From a virus: a stretch of 64,000 nucleotides of DNA. A program made the position numbers and the translations under genes. The DNA lies in IMG/VR virus record IMGVR_UViG_3300043015_002491, positions 1-64,000 of that record. One strand, written 5' to 3'. Position 1 is the first letter of the stretch. The number at the start of each line of letters is the position of its first letter. The notes beneath the pieces are model-generated. The model was not told the DNA's origin. It did not search any database and saw nothing but the letters and a program-made list of their open reading frames with translations. Below, in pieces: positions 47,662 to 58,733 of this stretch.

Positions 47662-49023
47662 TTATTTACCAGTTAATTGTTTTGCCATTGAAGCACCAAT
47701 TAATGATTCTAATGGTGTACCACCCTTACTATCACCCATAATCATTGTTTCTGGGAATTTGATTTTAGATAACTCAGCAGCAACACCAATTTTAGTTTCT
47801 TTCTCAATTTGAGCTCTCTCTTGTGGTGTTAAACCAGCTGACACTAATCTTTGGTTCTCATAAGCTTGTGCATCTGCCGCTACTTTCTTCTTCTTAGAGT
47901 TTAATTTCTCAGTTTCTAAAGCAATTTCAGCTAACTTACGATTAGTTTCTTCTCGTTTTAATTGAGTTTCAATAGCGATTAAGGCTTTAACTTGCTCTTT
48001 CTCTTGTGTTACCCTTTCAGCAGCCTTATCTCTCTCCCCTTCAGCTACAATTCTTTGTTGTGCAGCCTTAGCGGTTTCAATCTTTTGTAATTCAATAGAT
48101 TTTTGCGCTGAAATATCCCTTGAATCTTCTAACTTCTTACGGAATTTTTCTTCTAATACTACTTGGTCTACAATAACTTGAGATACTATAATTTTGTTTT
48201 TTGTAATATCGTGTGCTATTCTAATTGGTAACCCAGTTTTCTTATCTATACGCTTATTAACTTCGTAACGTGTTTGAACTTCTTTAATTGTTCTACCTTC
48301 CTCATTTTGAATTACTGATTCAATCGTATCAGTGTGTTCAATTTTATCTACCGCATAACCACCAGATTTTAATTGTTCATCAAGCGTTGCTCTAAAGTTA
48401 GATGCGTCTCCAGATACATAATCTTCAGCGGTGAACATATAACCAGTGTTAATTACTTGTTCTTTAACTGTTGGGATAAGCGTATTATTAATTAAATTCT
48501 TTGGATGTATAATTTCTCTAACAATTTGACCAAATGATTCGTCATCTTGTGGTAACTGCATACGTACAGATAATTTAACACTACCAACTACTTTATCGAT
48601 AAATCTAATTGGAATACCACCTAATATTGGTCCTTCAATACCTTCAGTAGATTCACCATCACTAACCACCTTAATATCACTAAATGATTCCCATTCTTGA
48701 ACTCGTGAAAATGGCATCACTAATTTCCAACCTTGACTATATTCATAACTAACTTGACCTGTTGGGCTAACTATGTAATATTGATGCCCTGGTCTAGCGT
48801 AGAAGAATGCTGATGTTGACATCATTAATAACACTCCAATAACACCAACGATAAGAGATTTCTTACCAGTCCAGTTTGTTAAAAATTTTGGATGTGCTGG
48901 TAAAGTTTTTGTACCACCATATCCGTTTGGTACACTTTCAGATTCCGTTCTCAAATTCATAAATTTTGGTACAACGTATAATGCGATAGCTACCAATAAT
49001 AATAAAATTCCTAATACTGTCAT
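47662..49023 (-). CDS. SPFH/band-7 domain membrane protein
   Basis: N-terminal TM helices, SPFH core, coiled-coil, AGLTPQERA. Confidence 0.75.
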   Translation of the reverse strand: MTVLGILLLLVAIALYVVPKFMNLRTESESVPNGYGGTKTLPAHPKFLTNWTGKKSLIVGVIGVLLMMSTSAFFYARPGHQYYIVSPTGQVSYEYSQGWKLVMPFSRVQEWESFSDIKVVSDGESTEGIEGPILGGIPIRFIDKVVGSVKLSVRMQLPQDDESFGQIVREIIHPKNLINNTLIPTVKEQVINTGYMFTAEDYVSGDASNFRATLDEQLKSGGYAVDKIEHTDTIESVIQNEEGRTIKEVQTRYEVNKRIDKKTGLPIRIAHDITKNKIIVSQVIVDQVVLEEKFRKKLEDSRDISAQKSIELQKIETAKAAQQRIVAEGERDKAAERVTQEKEQVKALIAIETQLKREETNRKLAEIALETEKLNSKKKKVAADAQAYENQRLVSAGLTPQERAQIEKETKIGVAAELSKIKFPETMIMGDSKGGTPLESLIGASMAKQLTGK

Positions 49024-49118
49024 TTTCTTTTTTTTTTAATTGTTTATACTTATTTAATTATTACAGTCACAAATATAAGACTTTTTTTTTAATCTGCAAA
49101 CTTTTTTTTTGATTTTTT

Positions 49119-49652
49119 TTAAATCTTTTCTAAAACATTTTGAAAAAGTATTCTACCAAACCTTGATACTCTTTCTTTAAACTCTTCAAATGTGCCGTTA
49201 TTATTGATAATAACATCAGCACATGATTTATCAATATTAAATGATGTTGCTGGTTCAAGAGGTAATCTATCTGATGCGTCAACCCAAATAATAAGGTCAA
49301 AAAGCCCTTGCTTCATACATTCTTGTATTTCATCGTTATCTCTCATTCCAACATAACAATCAGAAATTTCAAGAATACCCTTAGCTAGTCTTGCCCTATC
49401 CTCTTTATTGTAATCACAAATAGATTCATACCACTCTTGTCTATGATTAACTCTATCCTCGAAACATTCTTCTGAAGACGTATAACCATACTTGTCTTTT
49501 AATTTTTCATAAAGAAAGATGTCAGCTGCTGCTTGAGATGATGATTTAAACTGTAAACCAAACTCTTCACCTAGTAGTTCAGCAAATGTGTCTTTTCCGT
49601 GCCTTGCATTTCCAATAATCAATAATTTAGGTGTTTTATTCATAATTTTCAT
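49119..49652 (-). CDS. deoxynucleoside monophosphate kinase-like P-loop protein
   Basis: IIGNARHGKDT, GMR and D.IINNNGT. Confidence 0.65.
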   Translation of the reverse strand: MKIMNKTPKLLIIGNARHGKDTFAELLGEEFGLQFKSSSQAAADIFLYEKLKDKYGYTSSEECFEDRVNHRQEWYESICDYNKEDRARLAKGILEISDCYVGMRDNDEIQECMKQGLFDLIIWVDASDRLPLEPATSFNIDKSCADVIINNNGTFEEFKERVSRFGRILFQNVLEKI

Positions 49653-49805
49653 ATTTAAATTTATATTTTTTACATTTATTTTTCATAATATCTTTTGTAT
49701 TTTATACAATATTACAATATTTTTTTGGGATACGCAAGTTTTTAGACAAAAAAAAATCCCCACCTATGAAGATGAGGACTTTTTCCATTATTAACCATTA
49801 AAAAT

Positions 49806-49853
49806 CAGAATCGTTTTATTTTGCAGATAAATATTCATTGCTGAACCGATTCT
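49806..49853 (-). ncRNA. minimal CAGCAA-family RNA with Cys(GCA) anticodon stem-loop
   Basis: AGAATCG-GTTCAGCAA..TTTAT-CTGCAAA-ATAAA-ACGATTCTG. Confidence 0.7.
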
Positions 49854-49968
49854 TAAACAACTATGAAAGACAGAAAAACATTTGGTGCGGTGGAGACGAC
49901 TTAACATCTTATTCTTAAGAATGGAAGAACCATATTTATATGGAAAACTTAAGAACCACCACATGTTG

Positions 49969-50803
49969 TAGCGGGGGAGGGAATCGAAAATGAACTTTCC
50001 CCACTCTCACATATATTTATGTTATATAACATAATATTTTAAATCTTCTATAATGAAACCTTTATACACTGAAACCGAATTTGAAAATGCAAAATCAACT
50101 GATAAATTACCTTGCGAATGTTACCATTGTGGTAAGAGATTCACGGCAATGAAAAAATCAATAAAGCAAGAAATCAAACATAAAAGAGGTAGAATAAAAT
50201 TCTGTTCTCAAACTTGTAACTCAGCAAATCAAAAAACTAGTAAACTGGTTAAATGTGATAACTGCGGAACAGAGTTCTTGAAAAAACCTAACCAAATCAC
50301 TAAATCTAAGAATAACTTCTGTTCTAGGTCTTGTAACACATCTTATAATAACAAGAATAAGACTTGGGGTACTAGACGTTCCAAACTTGAAATTTGGTTA
50401 GAAGAACAATTAAGCATTCTATACCCAAATTTACATATTGATTATAATAAACCAAATGCGATTGGGTCTGAATTAGATATTCACATACCTTCTCTTAACT
50501 TAGCAATCGAATTAAATGGTATATTTCACTATGAACCTATATATGGTGTAGATAAACTACAAAAGATTCAAGAGAATGACCATTCTAAATCAAAAGCATG
50601 CCATGATAATCAAATCGATTTATGTGTTATCGATACTTCTGGTCAGAAATACTTTAAACCAAAGTCATCACAGAAGTATCTTGATATCATCACTAATATT
50701 CTCAATGAACGCTTATCAACTTCCTAGTCACCAAAAATGGTGTGCAACAGTCACTACGTGCAAGTGAGTTGATTTCGACTGTCTAGCGGGGGAGGGAATC
50801 GAA
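49969..50803 (+). mobile_element. endonuclease cassette inserted at tRNA-Met 3' end
   Basis: 20-bp direct repeat TAGCGGGGGAGGGAATCGAA at 49969-49988 and 50784-50803. Confidence 0.65.
50053..50727 (+). CDS. putative homing endonuclease (zinc-binding repeats plus Vsr/DUF559-like domain)
   Basis: CxxC..FCSxxC repeats; SKLE..ELDI..LAIELNGIFHY. Confidence 0.75.
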   Translation: MKPLYTETEFENAKSTDKLPCECYHCGKRFTAMKKSIKQEIKHKRGRIKFCSQTCNSANQKTSKLVKCDNCGTEFLKKPNQITKSKNNFCSRSCNTSYNNKNKTWGTRRSKLEIWLEEQLSILYPNLHIDYNKPNAIGSELDIHIPSLNLAIELNGIFHYEPIYGVDKLQKIQENDHSKSKACHDNQIDLCVIDTSGQKYFKPKSSQKYLDIITNILNERLSTS

Positions 50804-50855
50804 CCCCCGACCTCAAGGTTATGAGCCTTGCGAGCTACCTCTGCTCTACCCCGCA
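50784..50855 (-). tRNA. tRNA-Met(CAT), initiator-like
   Basis: CAAGG-CTCATAA-CCTTG; 1:72 mismatch. Confidence 0.9.
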
Positions 50856-50962
50856 ATATTAGTTCTTCGACTAGGACTTTCACCTAAAGATACTACTTAC
50901 GTTAGTATTCGAAGAATTGTACTTAAACGTTATTCCAAAATTCAGTACCAATATTTTAATAT

Positions 50963-51022
50963 CAGAATGGTATCTTTACAATAAATATTCAAAATTTAAC
51001 TTTAACTTGCTGTAACCATTCT
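50963..51022 (-). ncRNA. CAGCAA-family small RNA (possible Ser TGA loop)
   Basis: AGAATGGT-TACAGCAA...TAAAT-TTTGAAT-ATTTA...ACCATTCTG. Confidence 0.65.
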
Positions 51023-51637
51023 TTTCATTAGGATTAGTTTTTAACACTATTTATATAACACTTCAATAAAACAACAAATGAATTTATTACGCTAACCCTA
51101 TACTTGTGGGTCTTCTAGGAATCACACCTAGTATTAACATTACAAGGAGGTGAAGTGAGTGTAACGTCAATATATTTATTAAGACCCTTAATATCTTTTT
51201 TTTTTGTCTTTCAAGATGTCAATGAACTAACGTTCTTTTTATATATACAAATATATAGATATATTTTTGTTTTGTCAAGTTTTTTTTAAACTTTTTTTTC
51301 TAAAATATTAAAATCATCTGTATATTCCTCTATTATCACATAAATATGCTGTGTATCAGAAAAATTATAAACAACATTTACAACCCTATAATATTTATCA
51401 TACTCAGTTAAAAATATTAATTCGTGAGTCCTTGGTATGGCGGTAACCTTCATACTTTGTTTAACAATATTCCATTTCTCATCAAGTATTGTTACTTCAT
51501 GTTTTTTAAACCATTTAAACATATAATTTTTTTAATTAAAATAACTATATTAAAAAAAAAATAAAGATTTAGACTTTATTTTACTAAATTTTGATATTTA
51601 TTTATAAATAGAATAACACTTAAAAAAATTAGAAATT

Positions 51638-51724
51638 ATGGGTTGCGGATGTAAAAAGAAAAATAAACCACAAACTAATACAACTAACAGTAACACACAA
51701 AGTAGTAGTAGTACTAGTAAATAA
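51638..51724 (+). CDS. 28-aa MGCGCKKK small protein
   Basis: ORF after a TATTTAT motif and before a terminator hairpin; below the ORF track cutoff. Confidence 0.55.
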   Translation: MGCGCKKKNKPQTNTTNSNTQSSSSTSK

Positions 51725-52117
51725 AAGAAATAAAAAAAGGGACTTTATCGAGTCCCTTTTTTATTTTTAAAAAGTATTATTATTTTGGTAAATCCTTACC
51801 CTTACCGAAAATTTTAACCACTGATGCACCTAACATTGTACCAGAAAAGATAAGCATTGAATCGAACATTTCTTTATCTATTTTATAGAAATTAAACCCA
51901 TCAGCAATAAATGCTGCAAATGCTAATAATCCAGCAATAATACCCATTGTTTTTTTTGATGAGAATTTTTCTTCATTCTTATCTTCCGTAAAGATGTCTT
52001 TAATAAATTCTTTCATAGTTTATAAGTTTTAAGTTTTGTTTATATACAATAAATATTTAACAAAACAAAAAAAGCCTCAATAATGAGGCTCTTTAAGAAA
52101 CTTATAATCATGGAGAA

Positions 52118-52561
52118 TTACGAAATAGAAACAACTTCTAATTCAAAAACTAAGTCTTTTCCAGCTAATGGATGATTAGCATCCAAAACAACTGTATCTT
52201 CTTTTACTTCTTTAACTGTTACAACCATCGGACCTTGAGGACCGTCAGCTTGAAGTAACTCACCTTCTTTAACTGTTGGTGGTACATATTGTTTTTCAAC
52301 TTCTTGAAGTCTATCACTTAATATAGGTCCATAAGCCTTATCTGAAGTGATTGTAACTGTTTTAGTTTCACCTTCTTTCATTCCTTGTAATGCTTCTTCG
52401 AAACCTGGGATAACTAACCCTTTTCCTAATTGCACTTCTAATGGTTCTTTATCTTGAAAATCTGTACCCTCTACAGCCTTAGAAGAATCAAAAACTTCAT
52501 CGTTAGTAAATTTACCTGTGTAATGCACCTTAACTGTGCTGTCTTCTTTAATAATTGACAT
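52118..52561 (-). CDS. FKBP-type peptidyl-prolyl isomerase (SlyD/SlpA-like)
   Basis: VHYTG...FDSS...IPGFEEAL...DANHPLAGKDLVF. Confidence 0.92.
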   Translation of the reverse strand: MSIIKEDSTVKVHYTGKFTNDEVFDSSKAVEGTDFQDKEPLEVQLGKGLVIPGFEEALQGMKEGETKTVTITSDKAYGPILSDRLQEVEKQYVPPTVKEGELLQADGPQGPMVVTVKEVKEDTVVLDANHPLAGKDLVFELEVVSIS

Positions 52562-52701
52562 AATAACTTTTTTTTTTTATTTTTAATTATGGTACAAATA
52601 TACCACCTTTATTTTAAATTGTCAAGTAAAAACGAAAAAACCCTCACTAGGAGGGTTTCTTAATTTCCATCTGGCGAAATCAGAATGGAATGCTTGAGCA
52701 G

Positions 52702-53070
52702 TGGAGTTGCTCGGATTCGAACCGAGGTCTTACTTACTCATAAAGAGCTTTCTACATGCTTATCTGGTTTCTAATTCCAGCAAAGTTTAACAGTTCCCTT
52801 ATTTTAGTAGTTCGTTTTACTGATAACTAATCTTCTACCCTTATTTTAACACCTTTGGTTGGTCGTTCCTGTGGGTTTCCCCAGTGCATTACTCTGTTAG
52901 GCGAATGCTACCTCTCCTACACCTACTTCTACAGAAGCAGTGTCAAGGAAGTTTTCAGCGATGTCAAATTCGTTTCCATCTAAAAATTTGATAGGTAATT
53001 AAAGTGTTTCCAATCTAACACTGCATGCTTACTAATCACGACTATAAGCAATCAATAGCCAGTCAACCCC
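52702..53070 (-). ncRNA. ssrA: tmRNA
   Basis: 5' GGGGTTGACTGG and 3' CTCGGTTCGAATCCGAGCAACTCCA with G3:U70; tag ORF 52897-52977 ending AFA-stop. Confidence 0.9.
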
Positions 53071-53679
53071 ATAATATTAAAGAACGTATCTTATAAATAT
53101 ACACAAATATATTAAAAGTTTTTTTAAATGTCAAGTAAAATTAAAAAAAAATGAGGAAATCTTTCGAAATCCCCATTTTAAAAATCGGAGTGTTAATTTT
53201 GTTATTTGTTAATCAGTAAGTAATTGTTTACTTGCTGGCATGTTATTATTTGAATTTTTTAGAGTTTCAATCTCTTTTTTATTGTAGTTTATAGTTCTTA
53301 CAAACTTATCATCCAAGTCTTTTATTTTAGTGTCTAACTTGTCACACCTTGAATCTATGAATCTTCTAGTTTCATCATCCTCTTGATTCATTTGTTGATA
53401 AATTTCAGTGACATGACGTTCCAAATCACTAATTAGGTTTTCAAACCTTTTATCTAACTCATTATAGATGTTTTCATTTTCTCTATCGAAATCATTAACA
53501 TCAACCTTTTTTTTCAACTTAACAAACGCAACCACAATAGCTGTAACTACTGCAACTACACCTAATGTTGCTAAGACTGTTATTAAAATTATCATTTCCA
53601 TATTAATTTAATTTTTTAATAACACCCCGATTTATTATAAATGTAATAAAAACCCAACTAAGTAAAGTGGTGTCTTAAA

Positions 53680-54426
53680 TTATTTCTTGTTTGTTACAAT
53701 ACCATCAATGATACCATACTCTAGAGCTTCGTCAGCTGTAAGCCAATTATCTCTATTACAATCTGCTAATACTTGTGCGACATCCTTACCACAATAATCA
53801 GCAAGCATACCAAATAATTTATCATTATACTTGATAGCTTCAGCAATACTAATTCTCATATCTTCTACGTGACCTTGAGCCCCAGCAGATACTTGATGTA
53901 ACATTACCTTAGAACTTGGTAGAGAATATCTTTTACCCTTAGTTCCAGCACCTAATAGGATTGAACCCATCGATGCGGCCATACCAGTATTAATTGTTTG
54001 AATATCTGAACTAACATAATTCATAACATCAACCATTGATAAACCAGATTTAACTGAACCACCTGGTGAGTCAACATGCATTGTAATCGTCTTACCTGGT
54101 TCTAAGTTATCTAAGAACATTAACTGTGCTTGAACAACTGTACTCATTTGGTCATTAACTGGACCAGCAACCCAAAGAATCCTATCCATCATAAGTCTTG
54201 AGAAGATATCCATTTGAGTTACTCTCATTTCTCTTTCTTCCAAGATGTATGGTGTAAGACTTCCACTTACTTGAGTGTTATTGTATATAGTAGCTTGTAA
54301 GTTCTCCCAATAATGGAATTGAATACTACTAATCCCCATATGCTTTGTAGCATAATCTTTAAATTCACTATAAAAATCTAACATATTATTCTTCGTTTGT
54401 ATAAATAAAGACTGGGGTATATTCAC
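53680..54426 (-). CDS. clpP: ATP-dependent Clp protease proteolytic subunit
   Basis: DIFSRLMMDRI, DSPGGSV, GMAASMGS and MLHQ; true start probably M at ~54384. Confidence 0.95.
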   Translation of the reverse strand: MNIPQSLFIQTKNNMLDFYSEFKDYATKHMGISSIQFHYWENLQATIYNNTQVSGSLTPYILEEREMRVTQMDIFSRLMMDRILWVAGPVNDQMSTVVQAQLMFLDNLEPGKTITMHVDSPGGSVKSGLSMVDVMNYVSSDIQTINTGMAASMGSILLGAGTKGKRYSLPSSKVMLHQVSAGAQGHVEDMRISIAEAIKYNDKLFGMLADYCGKDVAQVLADCNRDNWLTADEALEYGIIDGIVTNKK

Positions 54427-55346
54427 CCATCCAAGACCCTATTATATTATATTGGAAATATTCCATAGCTTCTTCATATGTCATATCATCACGTTCAACT
54501 AGTATTTCCAAAATCTTTTCTACACTATAAGCAGCAACTGGACCTAAATTAATCCTTTCAGCAACACCTATGATGGCTTCATCGAAACCATCACAGATTA
54601 ATGCTTCTTCGTTGTATTCTGCAACTTCTTCTGGAGTCATTATACTTCAGCTTCTTCTTTCTCTACTTGGTATAATGTTTTGATAGATTCACGAACAACT
54701 TCGTATCTTTCATAACCATACTTAGAAAGTAATCCAGAGAATGTTTCGATATCACCCTTCTTAATTTCTAACTTGTCTTTTTCTGTATCAAAATACACAC
54801 CAGCTAAGGCTTCTTCCGCTACGATTACTTTTTGCCAATCCTCTAATTGTTCAAAGATTTGTTCATTAACAAAAATGTATAAGTCATTTTTTGTTTCAAA
54901 CTTTAACAATGGATTTGCTTTAACAACCTTAGTGATTGTTTTACATTTGTTGTCAGAAAGTAACTTGATATTTACATATCTGTCCAATTCTGCGTTTGCG
55001 ATTACACCATCAAAAATCTCTTGTGTGTCATCAAATGGTTCTTCATACTTTGCCATAAAAATTTAATTTATATTGATTATTAATTAATTTACTTCATTAA
55101 ATGTGCTATAAAACTTATAATAAGACCGATACCTATAATAACTAAACCTAACGCTAAAGGAATCCATAATGGAGATGTTACCCACCACCAAGACCAATTA
55201 GCTACTTGACCAATCTCGGCCAATTTCATGACTAGGAATACAATGAAAATAAATCCACCTAAACCTATACCATTACTTGTCACTTTTTCTTTACTCATAT
55301 CATTTAATTTTTAACAAATATATAAACTTTATTATTTATATGCAAG

Positions 55347-56372
55347 TTATTTTTTAATATTTTTTAATTTTTCTATTACCTCTTTTTCTGAATCACTTAA
55401 CTCAGTTGGCATTTCGATATCTAAAATAATCATCATATCACCTCTAATATTTGTATTATATTTAAACAAACCTTTATTAACTACCCTTAAATTATCACCA
55501 ATTTTGCTATATTCTGGTACTGTAACCCTAATTTTACCACCGTCAATAGTTGGTACTTCCACTTTATCACCTAAGACTAACTGAGGATAACTTAATTTAA
55601 GGTTATACTTCAAGTTATCACCATTTCTAATAAAATTATCATTGTTATTGACAAATAATTTAATTAGAAGTCTACCAGGTGTGCCTTGTTTAACACCATG
55701 ACCCATACCAACATATTCCATTGTATCACCATCCTTAACACCCTTTGGGATTGTCACTTCAACCGTTTCTTCTTTATTAATTGTACCATTACCATGACAT
55801 GTACCACATATATTTTCAACAACTGAACCACTACCACCGCATTGGTCACAATCGATAACTTGTCTCATTTGACCTAGAGGTGTGTTAATAACATTCATTA
55901 TACTACCATTACCTTTACACTTAGGACAAGTTTTTTTACCCGTTCCACCATCAGAATTACAAGTCATACATGGCGCATTTCTCCTATATTTAAATTTCTT
56001 AGTGACACCGTTAAAAACTTCTTCTAATGAAATTCTTACATTTATAACTAAATCATGACCTCGACTTTGCTCTCGTTTAGTAAACGGATTCCTACCACCA
56101 CCAAAACCAAATTCACGCATTATATCTTCCATAGATTGACTACCAAATGGATTACCACCCCTAGGGTCAGCTGAACCAAACCTATCATAATTAGTTCTTT
56201 TGTTAGAATCACTTAATACATCATAAGCTTCAGCAATATCTTTAAATTTTTCTTCACCATCTGGGTTTACGTCTGGGTGATACTTTTTAGATAACTTTCT
56301 ATAAGCTTTTTTAATGTCCGATTCTGTGGCGTTTTTTTCAACACCCAATATTCCATAATAATCTTTACTCAT
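55347..56372 (-). CDS. dnaJ: DnaJ chaperone
   Basis: J domain with HPD; four CxxCxGxG-type repeats; C-terminal domain. Confidence 0.95.
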   Translation of the reverse strand: MSKDYYGILGVEKNATESDIKKAYRKLSKKYHPDVNPDGEEKFKDIAEAYDVLSDSNKRTNYDRFGSADPRGGNPFGSQSMEDIMREFGFGGGRNPFTKREQSRGHDLVINVRISLEEVFNGVTKKFKYRRNAPCMTCNSDGGTGKKTCPKCKGNGSIMNVINTPLGQMRQVIDCDQCGGSGSVVENICGTCHGNGTINKEETVEVTIPKGVKDGDTMEYVGMGHGVKQGTPGRLLIKLFVNNNDNFIRNGDNLKYNLKLSYPQLVLGDKVEVPTIDGGKIRVTVPEYSKIGDNLRVVNKGLFKYNTNIRGDMMIILDIEMPTELSDSEKEVIEKLKNIKK

Positions 56373-56405
56373 CTATTTATTTTTTTACAAATATAGCTAT
56401 AATTA

Positions 56406-57071
56406 TTGAATATGTACAGGGTAATACTCACTAAAAACGGAAAATATAAGCAAACACTTCATAGATGTAAAACTATGGAGACATCTTTTATTAACTATAA
56501 TAGATTTATTGAGGAAAATAAGACAGTATTATTCCCAAGGAAACATATAAATTATAACGGAATTAAATCGGTTGAATATCGCATTTATGTTGTTAAAGAC
56601 ACTGAAGAAGGTGATGAGTTTAGAATACTCAGAGATAAAATGGGTAGGACTTATGAAGAGCAGCCATTATTTGGAATTTGGACAGTTTTGGCTGACCATG
56701 AATATGAAATTGAGGAAACATTTTGGATGTTTGGTAAAGACCCTAAGTATGATAGGGTTACTATACATGATATCGCAAAACCAATGATGGAAGGTGCTTA
56801 TAAACAAAAAATGACAAAACAAATAATTATTGTACATAATAAATTAGTCTTACATAATGAAGAACAATTCGAAATGATTATTTGTAAGAATAAACTTGAT
56901 GCTCAAAGACTCCATCATACCCTACATAAGGCTTGTAAAAAGAATAAAATAAAGAGTGTTATATTCATGGGTACAGCTAGTCCAGCTACCGTATCAAGAA
57001 TGTATGAATTAATTCAAGAAAAGACTGGGTGGCCAATTGAAAAAGTGCGTAGGACTTCTACTCGCCCTTAA
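56406..57071 (+). CDS. hypothetical protein
   Basis: 221 aa plus-strand ORF divergent from dnaJ. Confidence 0.65.
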   Translation: MNMYRVILTKNGKYKQTLHRCKTMETSFINYNRFIEENKTVLFPRKHINYNGIKSVEYRIYVVKDTEEGDEFRILRDKMGRTYEEQPLFGIWTVLADHEYEIEETFWMFGKDPKYDRVTIHDIAKPMMEGAYKQKMTKQIIIVHNKLVLHNEEQFEMIICKNKLDAQRLHHTLHKACKKNKIKSVIFMGTASPATVSRMYELIQEKTGWPIEKVRRTSTRP

Positions 57072-57492
57072 AAGACTTCAAAAATTCAATCTTTTTATGT
57101 TTAGGTTGCTTTTTAACCTTATTTTCTAATTTAAGAGCTTCAGATTTGCTTTCTACTGCACGATAAGCTTCTAATATTACAGGTAACCTACCTCTGGTAT
57201 ATTTCGCTCCATTGCCGCTTCTATGGGCTTCTAAACGTTTAATTATGTTATTAGTCATGCCACAATATAGTGTTCCATCAGCACATCTAAGTATGTAAAC
57301 ACACCAGGTTGGTTCGTAGCCATCTAAAAACTGAACAGCATCAGATTCAAGTAGCATAGCCATATTCATCTTAGGGTTACCCTTACCAATACCTTCTAAC
57401 AAACCAAGTTCGTTCCATTTATTGATAATTTCTTCACGCATTTTTTTTAAGCGTTTTATCCCGTCACTATTAGTATTTAATAATCTACTCAT
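57058..57492 (-). CDS. GIY-YIG nuclease (UPF0213-like) with N-terminal extension
   Basis: VYILRCADGTLYCGMTNN..RL..H..G.GAKYTRGR. Confidence 0.85.
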   Translation of the reverse strand: MSRLLNTNSDGIKRLKKMREEIINKWNELGLLEGIGKGNPKMNMAMLLESDAVQFLDGYEPTWCVYILRCADGTLYCGMTNNIIKRLEAHRSGNGAKYTRGRLPVILEAYRAVESKSEALKLENKVKKQPKHKKIEFLKSFKGE

Positions 57493-57964
57493 ATTAAACC
57501 TTGCTCATCTTGAAGGTAATCTTCAAGGTTCTTTATTATTCTTGTTAAATCCTTATAATCTTGACTTTCTTTACCACCGTCTTTTAGTTCAACTAAAAGC
57601 TCTTCTACACGATATAAAAGAGCTAGTAATTGGTGTTCTCTATGATTAGTCCTCTCTCCCCCCATCAGTTTCGATTTCAGATTCTGGTGAATCCTTACCT
57701 TCATCAGCACCTTGACCTATATCAAAGTTCTTAGTAAGGTCTTCAACAATTTTATTTATTCTTTCCATATCAGCTTCAGCAACTTGTACTGGGTTGATAC
57801 ATTCAATTCTTTCTTCACCATCCGTTGGTATAAAGAAAGCCATTGCGTTTGCTTTTTTTTGAACTAAAGCATCATTCACTGAGTTAGCGAATGGTTGTAT
57901 AATATCTGGATTCATCATCATTTCTCTATCCAAATAAAATACTAAATAAGTTGTTTGTTCGTTT

Positions 57965-58387
57965 TTACTCATTATTACTATTATTATTACTATTATTATT
58001 ACTATTATTATATTTTTCCCTAGCCCTAGAACTAATCATTTCTGGGTCACCATCTTCATCGAGTCTAACAAATACAAGTGTATTATTAGCTATTAATTTT
58101 TGTTCCCCAGAATAAGGGTTGTGTCTCCTAACTTCTATTTCGATAGTCACTGAAGTTCTACCTAATTTAACCACTTCACCGTAAATTTTTACGATTCGGT
58201 TAACCTTAACCTTTTTATTAAATGAGACCTCACCAAATTTAGCTGTAACCACTCTTGGTGTGTCAGCAGCTTCAGCTGCCAAGATTCCCCCAGCTTCATC
58301 CATCCAACCTAGTAACTTACCACCGAAAAGATTTCCATGTGTTCCTAAGTCAGATTCCTTAACAATTCTTGATGTTATTAGTTCCAT
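57965..58387 (-). CDS. acyl-CoA thioesterase (second copy)
   Basis: DLGTHGNLFGGKLLGWMDE and GRTS. Confidence 0.85.
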   Translation of the reverse strand: MELITSRIVKESDLGTHGNLFGGKLLGWMDEAGGILAAEAADTPRVVTAKFGEVSFNKKVKVNRIVKIYGEVVKLGRTSVTIEIEVRRHNPYSGEQKLIANNTLVFVRLDEDGDPEMISSRAREKYNNSNNNSNNNSNNE

Positions 58388-58733
58388 TATTGTTTTATAT
58401 ATTCTTCGTAACTAACTTCTTCTACATGTTCAAGTAAATTAGTTTTATTATTCACCCAGTCACTTGGAGTGAAGTATTCGGCTAATAAATTGTTAATAGT
58501 TTCTTCTTTTTCATTTTTAGAAACTATACTCGCTTTCAATGGATTTCCATTGTCATCAACCAAATACACTATTGATTCAGACTCATCTTTTTTAATTACT
58601 TTTGTAATAATTTTCATCATTTATCTTTTAAACCTTATTATTTAATTATAACTTAAATCTAACTAAAAAAAATGAAAGTGTAAAGCATAAAAAAGGTTTA
58701 TATGAAAAAATCACATAAACCTTTTAATTTTAT

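Noticed and set aside
52664-52690. CAGAATGG after tmRNA as another family copy
   Set aside because: No CAGCAA motif; it is part of a simple hairpin.
57968-58010. (AAT)n/AGT repeat at the thioesterase 3' end, and a similar one near 63660
   Set aside because: Low-complexity poly-Asn tails.
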